Source: Octopus vulgaris (Eukaryota). From it: a stretch of DNA of 64,000 nt. The position numbers and the translations under genes were made by a program. The DNA lies in assembly GCA_951406725.2 (NCBI GenBank), contig OX597827.1, forward strand, positions 31,434,001 to 31,498,000, read 5' to 3'. Each line of letters opens with the position of its first letter. Positions within the stretch are counted from its first letter, which is position 1. Positions 13,013-26,972 of the stretch are shown here, in pieces. The notes below the pieces were generated by a model, which worked only from the letters and a program-made list of their open reading frames with translations, was not told where the DNA came from and did not search any database.

Positions 13013-13380
13013 CATCATCATCATCATCATCACCGTTTAACGTCCGCTTTCCATGCTAGCATAAGTTGGATGATTTGACTGAGGTCTGGCAAACCAGATG
13101 GCTGCACCAGACTCCAATCTGATCTGGCAGAGTTTCTACAGCTGGATGCCCTTCCTAATGCCAACCAAGCCAAGAGTGTAGTGGGTGCTTTAATGTGCCA
13201 CAGGCACGAGGGCCAGTCAGGCAGTACTGGCAACGGCCATGCTCAAATGGTGCTTTTTATGTGCCACCTGCACAGGAGCCAGTTCAGTGGCACTTGCAAC
13301 GACCTTGCTTGAATGTTTTTTCATGTGCTACCAGTACAAATGCCAGTAAGGTGACGCAGGTCACGATCACGCTCGAATGA
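13013..13380 (-). mobile_element. RTE 3'UTR-derived repeat inserted in a SINE
   Basis: catcatcat...gtttaacgtccgctttccatgctagc; the host SINE sequence (...ccacttgcat) resumes at 13381. Confidence 0.8.
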
Positions 13381-13704
13381 TTGCATGTCAATTAATTTCA
13401 TGAGCAGGCTGTTCCATTGATCGGATCAACTGGAACGCTCCCCATCGTTGTAACTGATGGAGTGCCAGTGGATAAAATAAATACCAGGAGAACACAGGGG
13501 GTGGGGGTAGTCAACTAGCCCCTCGCCTTCTGTAAAATTTCAGGCCTTGTGCTTATGGTACAATGGCTATTACCTCCAGGCCAGTAGCGAAAGACATTTC
13601 AGGTATGATCATCCTGTCCTTCTCTTAGGCATTGCATACCTAGGGCTACATTATCTGATGTAACTTTTCTATTTGCTTTTGAAGATGATGAAGTGTGATT
13701 AGAA

Positions 13705-13716
13705 AGAAACAGAGAT

Positions 13717-13755
<39 letters not shown>

Positions 13756-13865
13756 GAGAGAGAGAGAAACAGAGAGAGAGAGAGAAAGAGAGAGAGAGAT
13801 ACAGAGAGAGAGAGAGATACAGAGAGAGAGAGAGAAACAGATAGAGAAAGAGAGAGTCTGAGAGA
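13705..13865. repeat. (GA)n microsatellite
   Basis: Direct reading. Confidence 0.9.
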
Positions 13866-14319
13866 CCATCATAGTTAGAAGAAAATTTCTTTAAAATAGG
13901 TTAAAATGTATTTTCTTTTTGTTTTGTTGAAGTTGAATTTTTTCCAGTTGTGGTCGGTTAATTATATCTTATCATTATGTAAACAAGATAATATAAAATA
14001 AATATAAATTAGTTGATTACAATATATTCCAAAGTTCAACAACACTTTGGTTGCGTCAGTTAGCATTTTCAATGGAATGGGCATATTTCGGTTTCTATAG
14101 CTTCATTTTTAATTGCAATTTTTTTTTCTTCTCTCTCAGACCCTCTTAAACATGCCAACAGATACAAACTTTTGCCATTAACTGTAAACATCAGAATCGT
14201 GACAATGTCAAATAGACATCTTACACTTCTCTTCACTGTTGTCTCCACCTCAGAAACACCACCCACTTGTCTTATACAAACACAAACACACATGTATATA
14301 TGTGTGTGTGTGTGTAGAA

Positions 14320-14982
14320 AGGTTTGTGGCCAGGTGGTTAGGAGTGTTGCACTCACAATCTCGCCATTGCTGTTTCAATTCCCAGGCTGATTGCAAAGCA
14401 CTCCATTTCACATTGCTCCAGTCCCACTCAGCTGTAAATGGGCAACCTTCGAACGGACTAGCCTTTTGGTCAGGGGGAAAATTGGCCTGCATGTCTAGCC
14501 AGTGGGGTGGCATCATTCAAATGCTAAAATGATGCAAAGCGCATTGTGACCGATGATGTGTAACAACATTCGATAGTCTGGTTGCTCACAAGATATGTGT
14601 GTGTGTGTGTATATCATCACCATCATTGTCATCACTATTTAATGTCTGTTTTCCATGCCGGCATGGGTTGGACAAAAAAATATATAAAGTGTGTGCGTGT
14701 GTGTGTGTGAAGGCATGTAGCCTTGTGGCTAGAGTGTTGCCCTCACAGTCTTGCAATCGTGGTTTCAATTCCCAAACTAGCAAAGCATTGTGTTCTTGAG
14801 CAAAACTCTTTATTCCATATTGCTGCAGTCCACTGAACTTTAAAATGAGCAACCCTGCAATGGACTGGCATTACATCCATGGCCTGCCTGCCTACCTATC
14901 TGCCTGCTTAGCCAGTGGGGAGGCATCATTTGAAAGCAACAATGGTGTGAGGAAGCGCATTGTGATCAGCAGTGTATAACAG
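14320..14982 (+). mobile_element. Two diverged tRNA-SINE copies (V/Meta-like core)
   Basis: B-box-like gtttcaattccc, then ttgagcaaaactctt...cagtccactg and gcattgtgacc in both copies. Confidence 0.6.
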
Positions 14983-15599
14983 CAGTGATTTCTATTTTAC
15001 TTAGGTAGATCTTCAGGTTCATTCGATGTTTTAAAAAAAGCCTTATTATATTCTTATAATTAAATATTATGACGAACCATATTTTTAAAAAAAAAGCTAT
15101 TTTGTGTATTGCAGAAGGTTTTATATCCTTGTATTGGATATAATATGAATAAGTGGAAGGGGATTAGGGGGGTTTGGTAGGTGGGGGGAGAAAGTATATA
15201 CATGATGCACTACTACTATTATTACACGAGACTCAATGCTCTGTATCGAAGAACTGCTACCAACAGGAACTGCCAATTGCTCACAGTTCTTTAATTTATA
15301 ACAATGAGTCAGTCCACCTTTGGTCACTTGGTCACTTCCGCAACAAGAAGTATAACCAATTTCTTGCAGATAAATTTTAACAACAAAATCTTATACGGTC
15401 TCCCCACCCCCACCCAAGGTCATGTGGACCCCAGTCGAGAACCACTGCATTAGACCATCACAATGGATTCACAAGGAGAGATAGCAGGTGACCTGGCATT
15501 GATTGCTGAGGACGAAACAGAAATATAAGAAATGACCGACAGTTGTTTTTATAGCATCGATAAAAAAACTGATTGACCATTAGAGCTGCAAGACAAAAG

Positions 15600-15820
15600 G
15601 AGAAAAATGAAGTGACAAGGATTGGACAATGGTCAGTTAAGAACTTAATCCATGTAGATAGAGAACACTTGGAAGAACATTGCAAAGACTTCAAGTATCT
15701 TGGCAGTAACATCAGTTGTAAATGGAATTACAGGAAAAGAAGTTAGTATCAGATCTGGTAATGCTAACAGTGCCTTGCTTAAATTAAGAAGAATCTAGAA
15801 AGCTCACAACATCTTGGACT
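15600..15820 (+). pseudogene. Decayed LINE RT fragment
   Basis: Translation includes KDFKYLGSNIS and, in another frame, KEVSIRSGNANSALLKLRRI. Confidence 0.55.
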
Positions 15821-16200
15821 AAATCACAATAAAAAAAATAATAAAACTCCAACAAAAAACCTCCTACAAAATATCTTTAATTCCTTAATTTAATGGTAAG
15901 ATGGTTGCTTAGATTTATAGGAAAAGGAAGAAAGTAAGATATACTTATTTGTGTTGAAAGGGAAAAACAAAAATAGAAAAAACACAAATTAAAATAACAA
16001 ATATTTCAAGAGACAAAAATCATTTAGTTCACTGCATGTTTTTCAAAGAAACATCAGCATTTGTCTCTCCTCAAGATTCCAGAGATAATGTCTGCTTAAA
16101 CTTTTAGCTTTGAACTCCAGAAATTTTAAAAACACGTAAATTGACATAGAAAGTAAAAGAAATAAAAAGAATTTAAAACAATAAAAAAAATGTTTTCCAA

Positions 16201-16565
16201 ATGATGATGGTGCTGCTACTGATGGTAATGATGATGAGGATGATGATGATAATGATGACAATGTTCATGATGATAATGATGATGATATATATATATATAT
16301 GATGAAGATGATGATAATTAATACAATGTTGGTGATGATGGCAGTGATGATGATGATGATGTACAGTGCTGATGATTGTGATTGTGATAAAGATGACCAG
16401 TATCATAAGGATGAGTGATAGTAGTAGTAATGGTGATGATGGTAGCGTTAATGGTGGTAGCGTTAATGGTGATGAGAAGGAGGAAGAGAAGGAGATGGAT
16501 AATGATAATGATGGAGCTGATGATAATGATGCTGACATTGACGACATAGGTGGTGATGATGGCAA
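16201..16565. repeat. Degenerate (GAT)n low-complexity tract
   Basis: Direct reading. Confidence 0.85.
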
Positions 16566-16829
16566 TCATTGCTCCACTCCATCTAACTCCCAACCCCTCC
16601 AGCTAACCATCAGAATGATTGTGAGGTTAGAAAGTTCACTTTACAACTCCATAGATCTGGGTTCAGTCCCACTGCATAACACCTTGGATAAAAGTTTACA
16701 ACCATAATCTTAGAGTTTTGCAGGTGAATCCTAAAGGATGGTAATGATGAAGAAGTCCATTATCTTTATCTGTAATATTAAGTATGGCTTCCTCCGGGAG
16801 ACAGAAAGTTCTGTAAATGTGTAGGGGGT

Positions 16830-17188
16830 ACATGTAGGGGATGCTGAATGCATCTTTGCATCTTTGCTGAAGCCAAGAAGCCAAATGGACACAATGCTGA
16901 ATGGACAAGATACTGAAAAGATATACGAAAATTAAAATTTAATCTCATTAAATCTTGTGAATTGGTTATCAAACTATTTGTTTTTTATTATGTCCATCCG
17001 GCTTTATGTCCATTTGACATTCTGTCCATCCAGCTTTATGTCCATTTGGTATTTTGTCTGTTCAGCTTTATGTCCGTTTGACATTCTGTCCATTCAACTT
17101 TATGTCTGTTTGGTATTGTGTCTGTTTAGCTTTACTGTCCGTTCGGCTTCTTGGCTTCAGACATTTGGCATCCTGTCCACATACGGTG
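16830..17188. mobile_element. Short copy of the foldback-like element with a ~16-bp minisatellite
   Basis: Ends gatgctgaatgca.../...catttggcatcctgtc. Internal ctttatgtccatt units are the reverse complement of those at 29220-29860. Confidence 0.6.
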
Positions 17189-17209
17189 TAGGCTACCTTT
17201 TAGCTTTGA

Positions 17210-17645
17210 CTTTTTACTTGTTTCAGTCCTTGGACTGTGGCCATGCTGGGGCACCACTATGACGTGTTCAGTTGAAGAAATCAACCCCCACTAACATTTT
17301 TTTCTTTAAGCTTGGTATTTATTCTATCAAATATTTTTGAACTGCTCAGTTATGGGGGACATAAATAAACAAACACCAGCTGTCAAACGGTGCAAGGTAC
17401 AAACACAAGCACAAAGACATTCACACATAGATACACCTACACAAACAACACACACACAACACCCACACATGCATACACATAAATATATACGATGGTCATT
17501 GATGGTCATCTCTCAATTTCTGCCTACCAAATCCATTCACAAGGCTTTGGCCAGTCAGGGGCCATAGTAGAAGGACAGCTGCGCAGAGTACCATGGAGTG
17601 CAACTGAATCCAAGACCACAAGGTCGGGGAGTGAGCTTCTCAATC
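17210..17645 (-). mobile_element. SINE family B, diverged
   Basis: ttttacttgtttcagtc...ctaccaaatccattcacaaggctttgg. Confidence 0.7.
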
Positions 17646-17734
17646 CTCAAGGTGAAATTCTTCACAGGTCTGACAGTTTCATCTCAGTAGAGAATCATCA
17701 GACCATGAAAATTATATGTGTATACCTATAAGCT

Positions 17735-18545
17735 TGTGTATATGTATATGTGTGTGTGTATGTGGGTGAATGTGTATGTGTGTATGTTTGTGTATGTGTG
17801 TATGTTTGTGTATGTGTATATTTGTTTATGTGTGTGTGTATGTATGTGCATGTGGGTGAATGTATGTGTATGTTTGAGTGTGTGCGTATGTTTATGTATG
17901 TGTATGTGTGTGTATGTGCATGTGGGTGAATGCATATGTGTGTATGTTTATGTTTATGCATATGTATGCGTGTATGTGTGTATGTGTATGAGTATGTGTG
18001 TGTGTGTATGTGCATGTGGGTGAATGTATATGTGTGTATGTTTCCGTATATGTGTGTATGTTTATATTTGTGTATGTGTATGTCTGTATGTGTGTGTATG
18101 TATGAGTATGTGTGTATGTGCGTGTATGTGTATGTCTGTATGTGTGTGTATGTATGTGTATATGTGTATGAGTATGTATGTATGTGCGTGTATGTGTATG
18201 TGTGTGTATGTGCATGTGGGTGAATGCGAATGTGTGTGTGAATGTTTGTTTGTGTAAGTGTGCGTGTATGTATGTGTATGAGTATGTGTGTATGTATGTT
18301 GTATGTGTGAGTGTATGTGAATGTGGATGTTTGCATATGTGTGTGTATGTGAATGTGAATGTTTGCATATGTGTGTGTATGTTTATGTTTGTGTATGTAT
18401 ATGTGTGTATGTGTATATTTGTGTATGTAGATGTGTGTATATGTATATTTGTGTAGATGTATATTATTGTAGTTGTATGTGTGAGTGCATATGAGTGTAT
18501 GTGTGTTTATGCATATGTGTGTGTATGTGTATGCATGAGTGTATC
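17735..18545. repeat. Compound (TG/TATG)n satellite with recurring gtgcatgtgggtgaatg unit
   Basis: Direct reading. Confidence 0.9.
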
Positions 18546-18867
18546 ACCATTGACTGATGTATGCGACTGTAAGATGCAAACATCAGCAAGGCGATCAATA
18601 AACTGGTGCTTTCAAACAAAACTACTTCCTTTGTCTTCTGTTACAATTCTAAATGTCATATTGTTATGTCCTGCCCCTACACAGCAGTGGCTGTATGAGC
18701 TAGGAATCCTCATCGCCACAGTTATGTCCCACATTATGCTGATATATTCTGTCATCTCTGTAGGACTGGCCCCAACAGCGTACCTCGCTGACTGACACTA
18801 CTGACGGTGTCGGGCCACTATTTATTAGCAGTGGACCAGCCCACTTCTCACCTGGGGGCATCCACCA

Positions 18868-19255
18868 CATCATCATCATCGTTTAACGTCCGTTTTCCAT
18901 GCTGGCATGGGTTGGACGGTTTGACTGAGGACTGGTGAGTCAGAGGCTGCAACAGGCTCAATCTGCTCTGGCAAAATTTCTACAGCTGGATGCCCTTCCT
19001 AACACTAACTACTCCAAGAGTGTAGTGGGTGTTTTTCACATGCCACCGGCACAAGGGCCGGCAGTTCTGGCAACGACCACGCTCATGCTCAAAAGGTGTT
19101 TTTATGTGCTACCTGCATGGGAGCCAGTCCGGCGGTGCTGGCAATGACCACGCTCGAATGTTGTTTTACACATACCACTGGCACATGTGCCAGTACGGCG
19201 ACACTAGCAATGATCATGCTTGATCATGCTTTCACGTGTCACCGGCATGGGAGCC
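18868..19255 (-). mobile_element. RTE 3'UTR-derived repeat
   Basis: catcatcatcgtttaacgtccgttttccatgctggc. Confidence 0.8.
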
Positions 19256-19728
19256 AACATATATAAATAAAATAAACAAGATCACAAGCAGGTGCAGGCC
19301 TGGTTGTGTGGTTAAGAAATTCACTTCACAGTTGAACTCGAAACTGCTTATGACTGAGTTCAGTTCCGCTTATTGGCACCTTCGGTAAGTGCCTTCAACT
19401 GTAGACTCAGGTTAACCAATAATCTAAGAAAGTAATTTAGGAAATAGAAACTATGCTGAAGCCTACTGTGTGTGTGTGTGTGCATGTATGTGTGTGTGTG
19501 TATGTATGTGTATATGTGTGTGTGTATTCTTTTATATGTTTTAGTCAGTTGATTGTGGCCATGCTGCAGCACTGCTTTTAGTCGAACAAATCAACCCCAG
19601 GACTTATTCTTCATAAGCCTAGTGCTTATTCTATCAGTCTCCTTTTGCCAAAACCTTATGTAATGCAGAAGAAACACACCGACATCTGTTGTCAAGCAAT
19701 GGTGGGGAGGACAAACACAGCAGACACA

Positions 19729-19761
<33 letters not shown>

Positions 19762-19765
<4 letters not shown>

Positions 19766-20720
19766 TCAATAATAATATAGGGTGAAATTAATTAATTTGG
19801 AATAATCATTAATTTCACCAAGTAGATTTCGGCATGTATTACTTAATTACTTAGTATATATATATATATATTCTCTAATTATAAACATAATTATAATCAG
19901 GGGTCAGCTAATTGCTTTGCCTCTCACCAAATTTAGAAATAGGAGTTAAAATGCCTTTTTTGCTATTATAAAGATCTCTCAGACAATAACACACTTTTTT
20001 TACATAGGCAAAGGGAAAAATAACAAAGCCACACGATTCGGATTAGCCACATACGTGTTTTGGAATTAAAATAAAGTAATATTTACTTACTTATTTCACC
20101 TCTTCAGTTCAGCATTTTAAGATATAAATTTGAGAGTGTTAGAATTAAATATGTACGCAATCAAGCATCATCACATAACTGATATTCAACCAACACTTCC
20201 AAAAATATACAGCCAAAGGTGAACACGCATTCATCCTTAATACCTACACGTGTTACGAGTAATCCAGCAGAAACTGCAGTTTCCGTTCAGGGAGTAAATT
20301 ATATTTCAATAATAATAATAAAGGGCAAAATTAATTAATTAATTAATTAATCAATCAATTAATTTATAATTAATAATTTTACCAAGTAGTTCGGCGCAGT
20401 AAAATAAATAAATATTACTTTACTTTAATCCGGAAACGCATATGTAGCTAATCTGAGTTGTGTGGATTCGTTATTTTTTCTTTTTGCCTACGTAAAAAAG
20501 TGTGTTATAGTCTGGGAGATCTCTATGGTAGCAGAAGAGGCATTTTAACTCCTATTTCTAAATTCGGTGTGTGGTGAAGCAATTAGCTGACCCCTGATTA
20601 TAATTATGCTTATAATTATAGAATATTTGTATAATTTTACCTAAAAAAGGTTATTTTATAGTACTGAACTACTAGGTAAAATTATTAATCATTAATTAAT
20701 TAATTTTACCCTTTTATTAT
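19762..20720. mobile_element. Penelope-like pseudo-LTR cluster (direct and inverted copies) inside the (TA)n of a SINE B
   Basis: 19875-20090 is the diverged reverse complement of about 20405-20625. Degenerate HHR at 20046-20113(-). SINE B halves lie at 19526-19740 and 20730-20872. Confidence 0.65.
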
Positions 20721-21319
20721 ATATATATATATACGTCAGGCTTCTTTTAGTTTCCATCTACCAAATCCACTCACAAGGCTATAGTAGAAAACACTTGTCC
20801 AAAGTGCCACATAGTAGGACTGAACCCGTAACTATCTGGTTGGGAAGCAAGCTTCTTACCACACAGCCACTCATACAAATTAATTACATCTATACTATAT
20901 ATGCTAATTAATTACATCCATTTTGTAAGATGGTTGGTGTCAGGAAGGGCATCCAGCATTAAAAACCCTGCCAAAACAGTGAAACCTGTGCCATCTTCTT
21001 CCTAGCCAGCCCCTGTCAAACAGTCCAATCCTTGCCAGCTTAGAAAACAGATATTAAATGATGATGATGATAATGATGGCAACTTTTGTGTTTGACTGGG
21101 ACTTATTTTATCGACCCTGCAACAATGAAAGGTAAAATCGGCCTCGATGGAATTTGAAGTCAGAACGTGAAGATGGATGAAATGCCGCTAAGCATTTACT
21201 GGCATGCTAACCATTCTGCCAGCTCACTGCCTTAATAATACACACACATCATCATCATCATTGTTCGACCGTGGTCGAGACAATGGAATTTACCATGCTA
21301 CGCCAAATTTCACGGTCCA

Positions 21320-22288
21320 TCATAACATTACGGAGGTCCTGTTGCCTGTATCCCTGGAGATTACATCAGAGTAGGAGAGTGTGCGCCCTCTGGTATCGCG
21401 AGTAGATGGCTTCCAGAGGAGAAGAGTAAAAATTGCCTTGTTTTCAGCTCTACAACAATGTCCAGCAAACTGGACTCTCCTACCTTTCACAAGAGATGAC
21501 ACAGGTGGTAGTTTCCCATACATTTGCATTTTGGTTGGATGATGCTTCCATGAGAGATTTTGAGCTCTCATAAGGAGGTGAGTGTAGGTTCCATCCAACT
21601 GCCTCTCAAGCTTCTTTGATAACGTCCAGGTTTCTGAGCCATATAGTAGAATTAGTTTGACTGTGGCTTTGAAGATTTTAAGTTTGAAGTCTCTGCTTAG
21701 ATTTGATGACCAGATCTTATGCATATCCTTATAGGCTGACCAGGCCATACCCTTTCTAGTTAGAAAATCTTTTCCAGATGATGATATGTATGACCCAAGA
21801 TATTTGTAATCAGAAACCATATTTAAGGGCGTATTGTTGAGAGTATGGATGATGCAATCACTGTTGGACAGGCACTTGTTTACATATTCAGTCTTGGCCT
21901 CATTGAGGTAAAGACCTACACAATTTGAGGCTTGTTCGAGAGATTGTAAAAGAGACTGGGCATTGGAGAGAGAATCACTGATAAGAGCGATGTCGTCAGC
22001 AAAGTCAGTGTCTGTCAAGTATTCAGCTGGGTGTCTGGAACTTCTTCTAGGTTTTATTTCAAAGCCCTTGCCAGAAATGGTATCAACTGACATACATAGC
22101 ACATAGTCAACAACAATGATGAAGAGAAATGGGGCGAGTGTGTCTCCCTGCAGTATTCCGGCTTTGATTGAGAAAGATGCTGTTTCTCCATCAGGGGTTA
22201 AGATGGTTGAAGACGTATCTGTGTAGAGGACCTTGATGGCAGAAATAATTTTGTCTGGAATCCCATAGAGCTTAAGGATTTCAAACAT
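21320..22288 (-). pseudogene. RT catalytic part of the LINE ORF
   Basis: QGD and FADD motifs. Confidence 0.88.
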
Positions 22289-22666
22289 CTAGTACCTATC
22301 TACAGAGTCGAACGCTTTAGAGAAGTCTACAAACACCGTTGCAAGATCGTGATTAAATGCTTTTGATTCTTCAATAAGTTTGTGTAGGCATAGTATCTAG
22401 CTCAGCGTTGAGCGCCCATGTCTGAATTCATTTTGGTTCTTTCAGAGCAAAGGTTCAACAAAAAGGATGAGACGGTTTAGAATCAGTTTGTTGTACAATT
22501 TTGCAGCAATTGACATTAGAGATATACCCCTGTAGTTGGTGATGAGGGATAAATCACCTTTTTTTGGTATTGGGATGATTTGAGATTGGTGCCAAATCTT
22601 TGGAGCTACAAAAGAGGAAAGTGTGTGGTTGCAAAGATGGAGCAAATGTGTGTGAAATCTATCATC

Positions 22667-24280
22667 CTACCAAATTATAGCTGGGATGTTGTCGGGACCA
22701 AATGCTTTCGAGGCTTTCAGTTGCTTAGTGGCTGCTGTTAGTTCAAATATGGTAAAATATGGTGTTGATGTCCAGTGTATCTGATATAGGCACTTTGGAA
22801 GAGTGGGGTTATCAGGGATTTTGGCATTCTTCCTAAGAAGGTTTTTAAAATGAATTGACCAATTTTCTAAATGTTTCTTAGCTGATCCCCCTTTAATTCT
22901 AATTGATGACTCAGAATTTTTGCCAGATAGGTCTTTGATGGATTTCCAGGTGAGATGGTGTTTTTTACTAATGTGTTCTTTGGATAGGTTGCTAATTTTG
23001 CCGTTGATAAAGTCGACCTCGGCGTTCAAGTAAGCATCATCAAGATTCTTCTTGGCAGTTATGAGTTGGATCTTCAGTGACTGAGATGGAGAACGGTGGT
23101 AAGCTAGTGATATAGACTTTAGATGGTTTCTGGCTTCGATGACATTTGGAGAATTAGAAGGTTTGCTCTGGCCCCTACTCTTCTTTTTGGGAAGAGTAGC
23201 CAGTGCAACTTCCTCTGTTGAATTGATGAGGCCGCTGTAGACTTCTTCAATGTTCTCAGCATCTATTTCAGAAGTAGACAAAGATTGAAATTTGTTATAG
23301 ACCTCAATAGTAAATTGCTTGGACATATCAGGGTTAGATAAGACTTCTTCCCAGTCAATTGTTTTCATCAGGTGAGGCTTAGCTTTTTCGGATGAGCGAA
23401 AACTAAGCTTAACGGTAGCTGATACAATTCTGTGGTCAAAGCCAACAGAACTAAAGGAAGAGTAGGATCTCGAGTCTTTGCGCCACTTCTTTCGAAAAAT
23501 GAGGCAGTCAATTTGTGCCCTATCACCAAGTGGGGACTCGAATGTCCAAAGTTGTCCTTTTGATTTCATAAAATAATTGTTGGAGGTGTAAAAATTAAAT
23601 TCCTCTAAAAAGTCTTTGAGTATTTCCCCATTCCGATTAGTTTTAGAGTTGAATGTAAACTTGGTCTCATCGGGTCCTAGTCTAGCATTCAGATCACCAG
23701 CTATAACTAGAAAATTATGGAGAGGTACTTGCTCAATGGTTGAAAGAAGGGTTGTATAAAAATTCTCAATCTCGTCTGCCACAGACGAATTATGTGGACA
23801 TACCAATGTTGTTTTCGGATTTCCATCTATCTCATGCACCATAATTCTAGGTGAGATTGACTCTATACTCAAGAGAGTATCATTAGCTTTTGATGAAAGT
23901 AGAAAGCCGATACCTCCAACTGTTGAATTAACAGTATTCTTTGATGCTGAAGAGGTTACAAATTGATAAGAACCGACTTCGTGGTATTTGAGGATGTCGT
24001 CAGGGTGGTAGAATCGGTGTTCTTGGACAGCTATTATATCAATGCTGTGTGATTCTGCATTTGCACCAAGTTCTTCTAAACGGCTGAGAGAACCGAGGGT
24101 GCAGGCATTGAAGATGCTGAGTATCGTATGATTTTTACGGCTGATGAGATGTTTATTTGGTGTTGTTTGGTTGGGAGCTGACTCTTCTTCATCAGGTGAT
24201 ACCCGTCTGTTAAGATTGAGGGCATCACCATCATTGGATGCCCTTGGAGGTGCAACATGATCAGAGACAGGACCCAGCAA
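22667..24280 (-). pseudogene. APE endonuclease and linker part of the LINE ORF
   Basis: 537-aa ORF with APE motifs, ending at a premature stop. Confidence 0.88.
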
Positions 24281-25609
24281 AGCAGGAGCTGGACCTACAT
24301 CCGCAGGTATACCATTAAGTCTGGTTCCCTGGGAATAGAAACCCTGGTGCAGTTAATTGTAAACTCCATAGTCTTTTCAAATGGCTAATAATGTGTGCGT
24401 GCGCCGCTACTACACACATTGGAAAGCAGTGTACAACCAAGCACAAAAGACGGTCTTTCCTCCTCCATGAAACAAAGCTGTTCCCACTGGACGTCAACCC
24501 AGTATTTCTAAGCTACAGACCGAGTGATTTATTGTAAGGTTATCTCCCTAGACAGGTTGCCTTCACTACGGCTAAGGAGCCCTTTCTACCCCACTGACAC
24601 AGGTTGTACTGGTTTACAGTTTACCAGTAGTAGGATCCGATGCTGCATACATTGGACCTGTCCTGACAAGGGCAGCCTAATAGCTTTTTGCTTCACTTCA
24701 TTTCATAAGGCCAAGGGAGGGGGATAAAGAGAAGGAAAGAGATAAGAAATAGAACGGGAGAGAATAGAGAAAGAAGAGAAGAATGTAGGGGGCAGCACCA
24801 GTGAAGGAGAAGGAATTGGGAAAAGAGTTAACTTAAGGAGTGTTAACAAATTCCTGGATAGAGCAGAGCATAAGAAAGCCCATGAAGTATGTGTGAGAAT
24901 AGACAACTGTTATAGTTGTGGGAGGAGGGATATCCAGAAGGGAAACACAGTAGAGATATCCGGTACTGATGGTGGGGGTGGGTGAGGGCAGGCGCACAGC
25001 GAACAAGCAAGTTAGCTTAGTGACACACACACACACTACTCCCATACCTTTGGGTTTAGTGGGAACAATTTTTGAATCATAACATTGTTTTATACACAAG
25101 AAACATTTAAAAATAAAAGTGAATATTTTGACAATGACGACAACAATAGTGATGACGATGACGATGATATTTATGATGACAATGGACATTGACAACAACA
25201 ATGTTAATGTCAATGATAATGAAAACAGAGGTGATGATGATGATGATAATGATGACGACAACAATGATGGTGATGATGGTGGTGGTGGAGGTGATGGTGG
25301 TGATGGTGGCAGCATCAGTGATTGCGGTGGTGGTGATGATGATGATGGTATGGAATCTCTATTGCTCTTTACTGTTAAAGGCTATGTGTCACACACAAAC
25401 ACACACACACACACACACAAACTCATCTACCACTAAATAAACTTTGGGCCCAAGAATGAAAGAATCGCTAGACGCTAGAAATAGATAGCAAAACCTTGTT
25501 TCAAGTCATGGTATCTACCATCTAGAAATATAACAACTTCAGCAACAGCAGCAACAACAACAACACCAACAGCAGCAGCAGCAACAACAACAACAACAAC
25601 AATAATAAG

Positions 25610-25962
25610 GCTTAAAACAATACCTGTTGTCATAGGTATCCAAGGAATGATAGCAAAAGAGGCTGATTGCTACCTAGCTCAGGAAACCCCAAAATGGCAG
25701 AAATTATGTAGAATATGGGAACTGCCCATATTTTACGTAAAATACTGTCTATGTAATCTCAAATTTTAAAACAAAACACATAATTTTCTTATGGTTTCTT
25801 AAACATTCTCTAGAACAACACTATGTACAAAACCAAATATACAGCACCCTATTCATAACACCAATATGAACTTCTAACTTTTCTCTTGAGGTCTCAGGGT
25901 GAGACTTGAAGCCAACTTGTACAAATGCAAAGCAAAAGTCAAACACAAAATAATAATAATGA
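25610..25962 (+). mobile_element. 3' end fragment of a Dong/R4-like LINE
   Basis: LKTIPVVIGIQGMI...MGTAHILRKILSM* resembles the C-terminus of ORF 7356-8228. Ends in (AAT)n. Confidence 0.7.
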
Positions 25963-25964
25963 AA

Positions 25965-26275
25965 TTATTGTGTACAGAGCTCAGGTGTACTACAACTCAT
26001 CAAAGATGCACGTACAGTACATAGAATTATGTACAAAAGTCAGGAAAGTGAACAATGTAAAATTAACGATATACATGTATGCATGCATATGGAGGGGAGG
26101 ATATCAGATGTAGTATTGGCAAATTTCGGAAAGCATGGAGGTTTTAAAGAATGCAATGTCTTGGCAACTGACAACTGATGCAGGTAGTTTGTTCCATGCT
26201 TCAGCAACTCTGGGTGTGGAAAAATGCTTCCAAAAGTCATGGGAGCTGTGCTGTTTTCTGACTATGTAGGCATGC
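25965..26275 (-). mobile_element. CR1/L2-like LINE 3' fragment
   Basis: Translation HDFWKHFSTPRVAEAWNKLPASVVSC matches the CR1-type C-terminal RV..WN.LP..VV motif. Confidence 0.65.
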
Positions 26276-26311
26276 CCATGTGTGTGTAAGATGCATGGAG
26301 TTCATATGTGT

Positions 26312-26375
<64 letters not shown>

Positions 26376-26819
26376 GTGTAGGGTACTACATCAGATAAAA
26401 TAATCTAAGCTACTACCATAAAAACAGCTGGTTGGCCATGGTTAGAATGCTTTTCATCATATACCAGCTTGATTAAAACTGACATGAGGGATATACAACA
26501 GCAGCAACAACAACAACTATAGAAAATGTCAATGTAAGATGTTGTCTTTGAAATGGGAAAGAAAAATAAAGAAAGGACAGGACTTGGAATATTTGGGAAG
26601 ACAGGAGACCTGTTCTTTGGAGAATGGCAGGGCTGGAATATATTTTCACATGCAAACACACAAACACACACACATACACACACACAGAAATAACAACAGA
26701 TAGATTGTGGTTCACTATAGCTGTTTCAGATTGTGGTGCTTTTTTATTTAAGGGCCTGATTGGCTTGAATCCTGAAATTTATAAATGTGTGTGTGTGTGT
26801 GTGTGTATGTATGGATGTC

Positions 26820-26937
26820 ATTATTCAGTTTTATCTCAAAATTTCTTGCCAATAGAGAAAGAGCTGATTTGTAACCTAGATCTAAGGCTCCTTTATAGGA
26901 ATTTCAACATCAATAACTGGGTATTTTTGTTTGTATG

Positions 26938-26972
<35 letters not shown>

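Larger units (their letters stand above)
21247..24677 (-). mobile_element. Near full-length RTE-like LINE (APE + RT), decayed
   Basis: APE motifs IAVQEHR, IAGDLNARLG, NRNG, QIDCLI, FDHRIV; RT motifs NYRGISL, GILQGDTLAPFLF, DFADDIAL, YKYLG, LLYGSETW. (GAT)n tail at about 21248-21262. The 5' boundary is uncertain. Confidence 0.9.

Noticed and set aside
17698-18456. Long His/Thr/Tyr- or Val/Cys-rich ORFs
   Set aside because: Translations of the (TG/TATG)n satellite; open in many frames.
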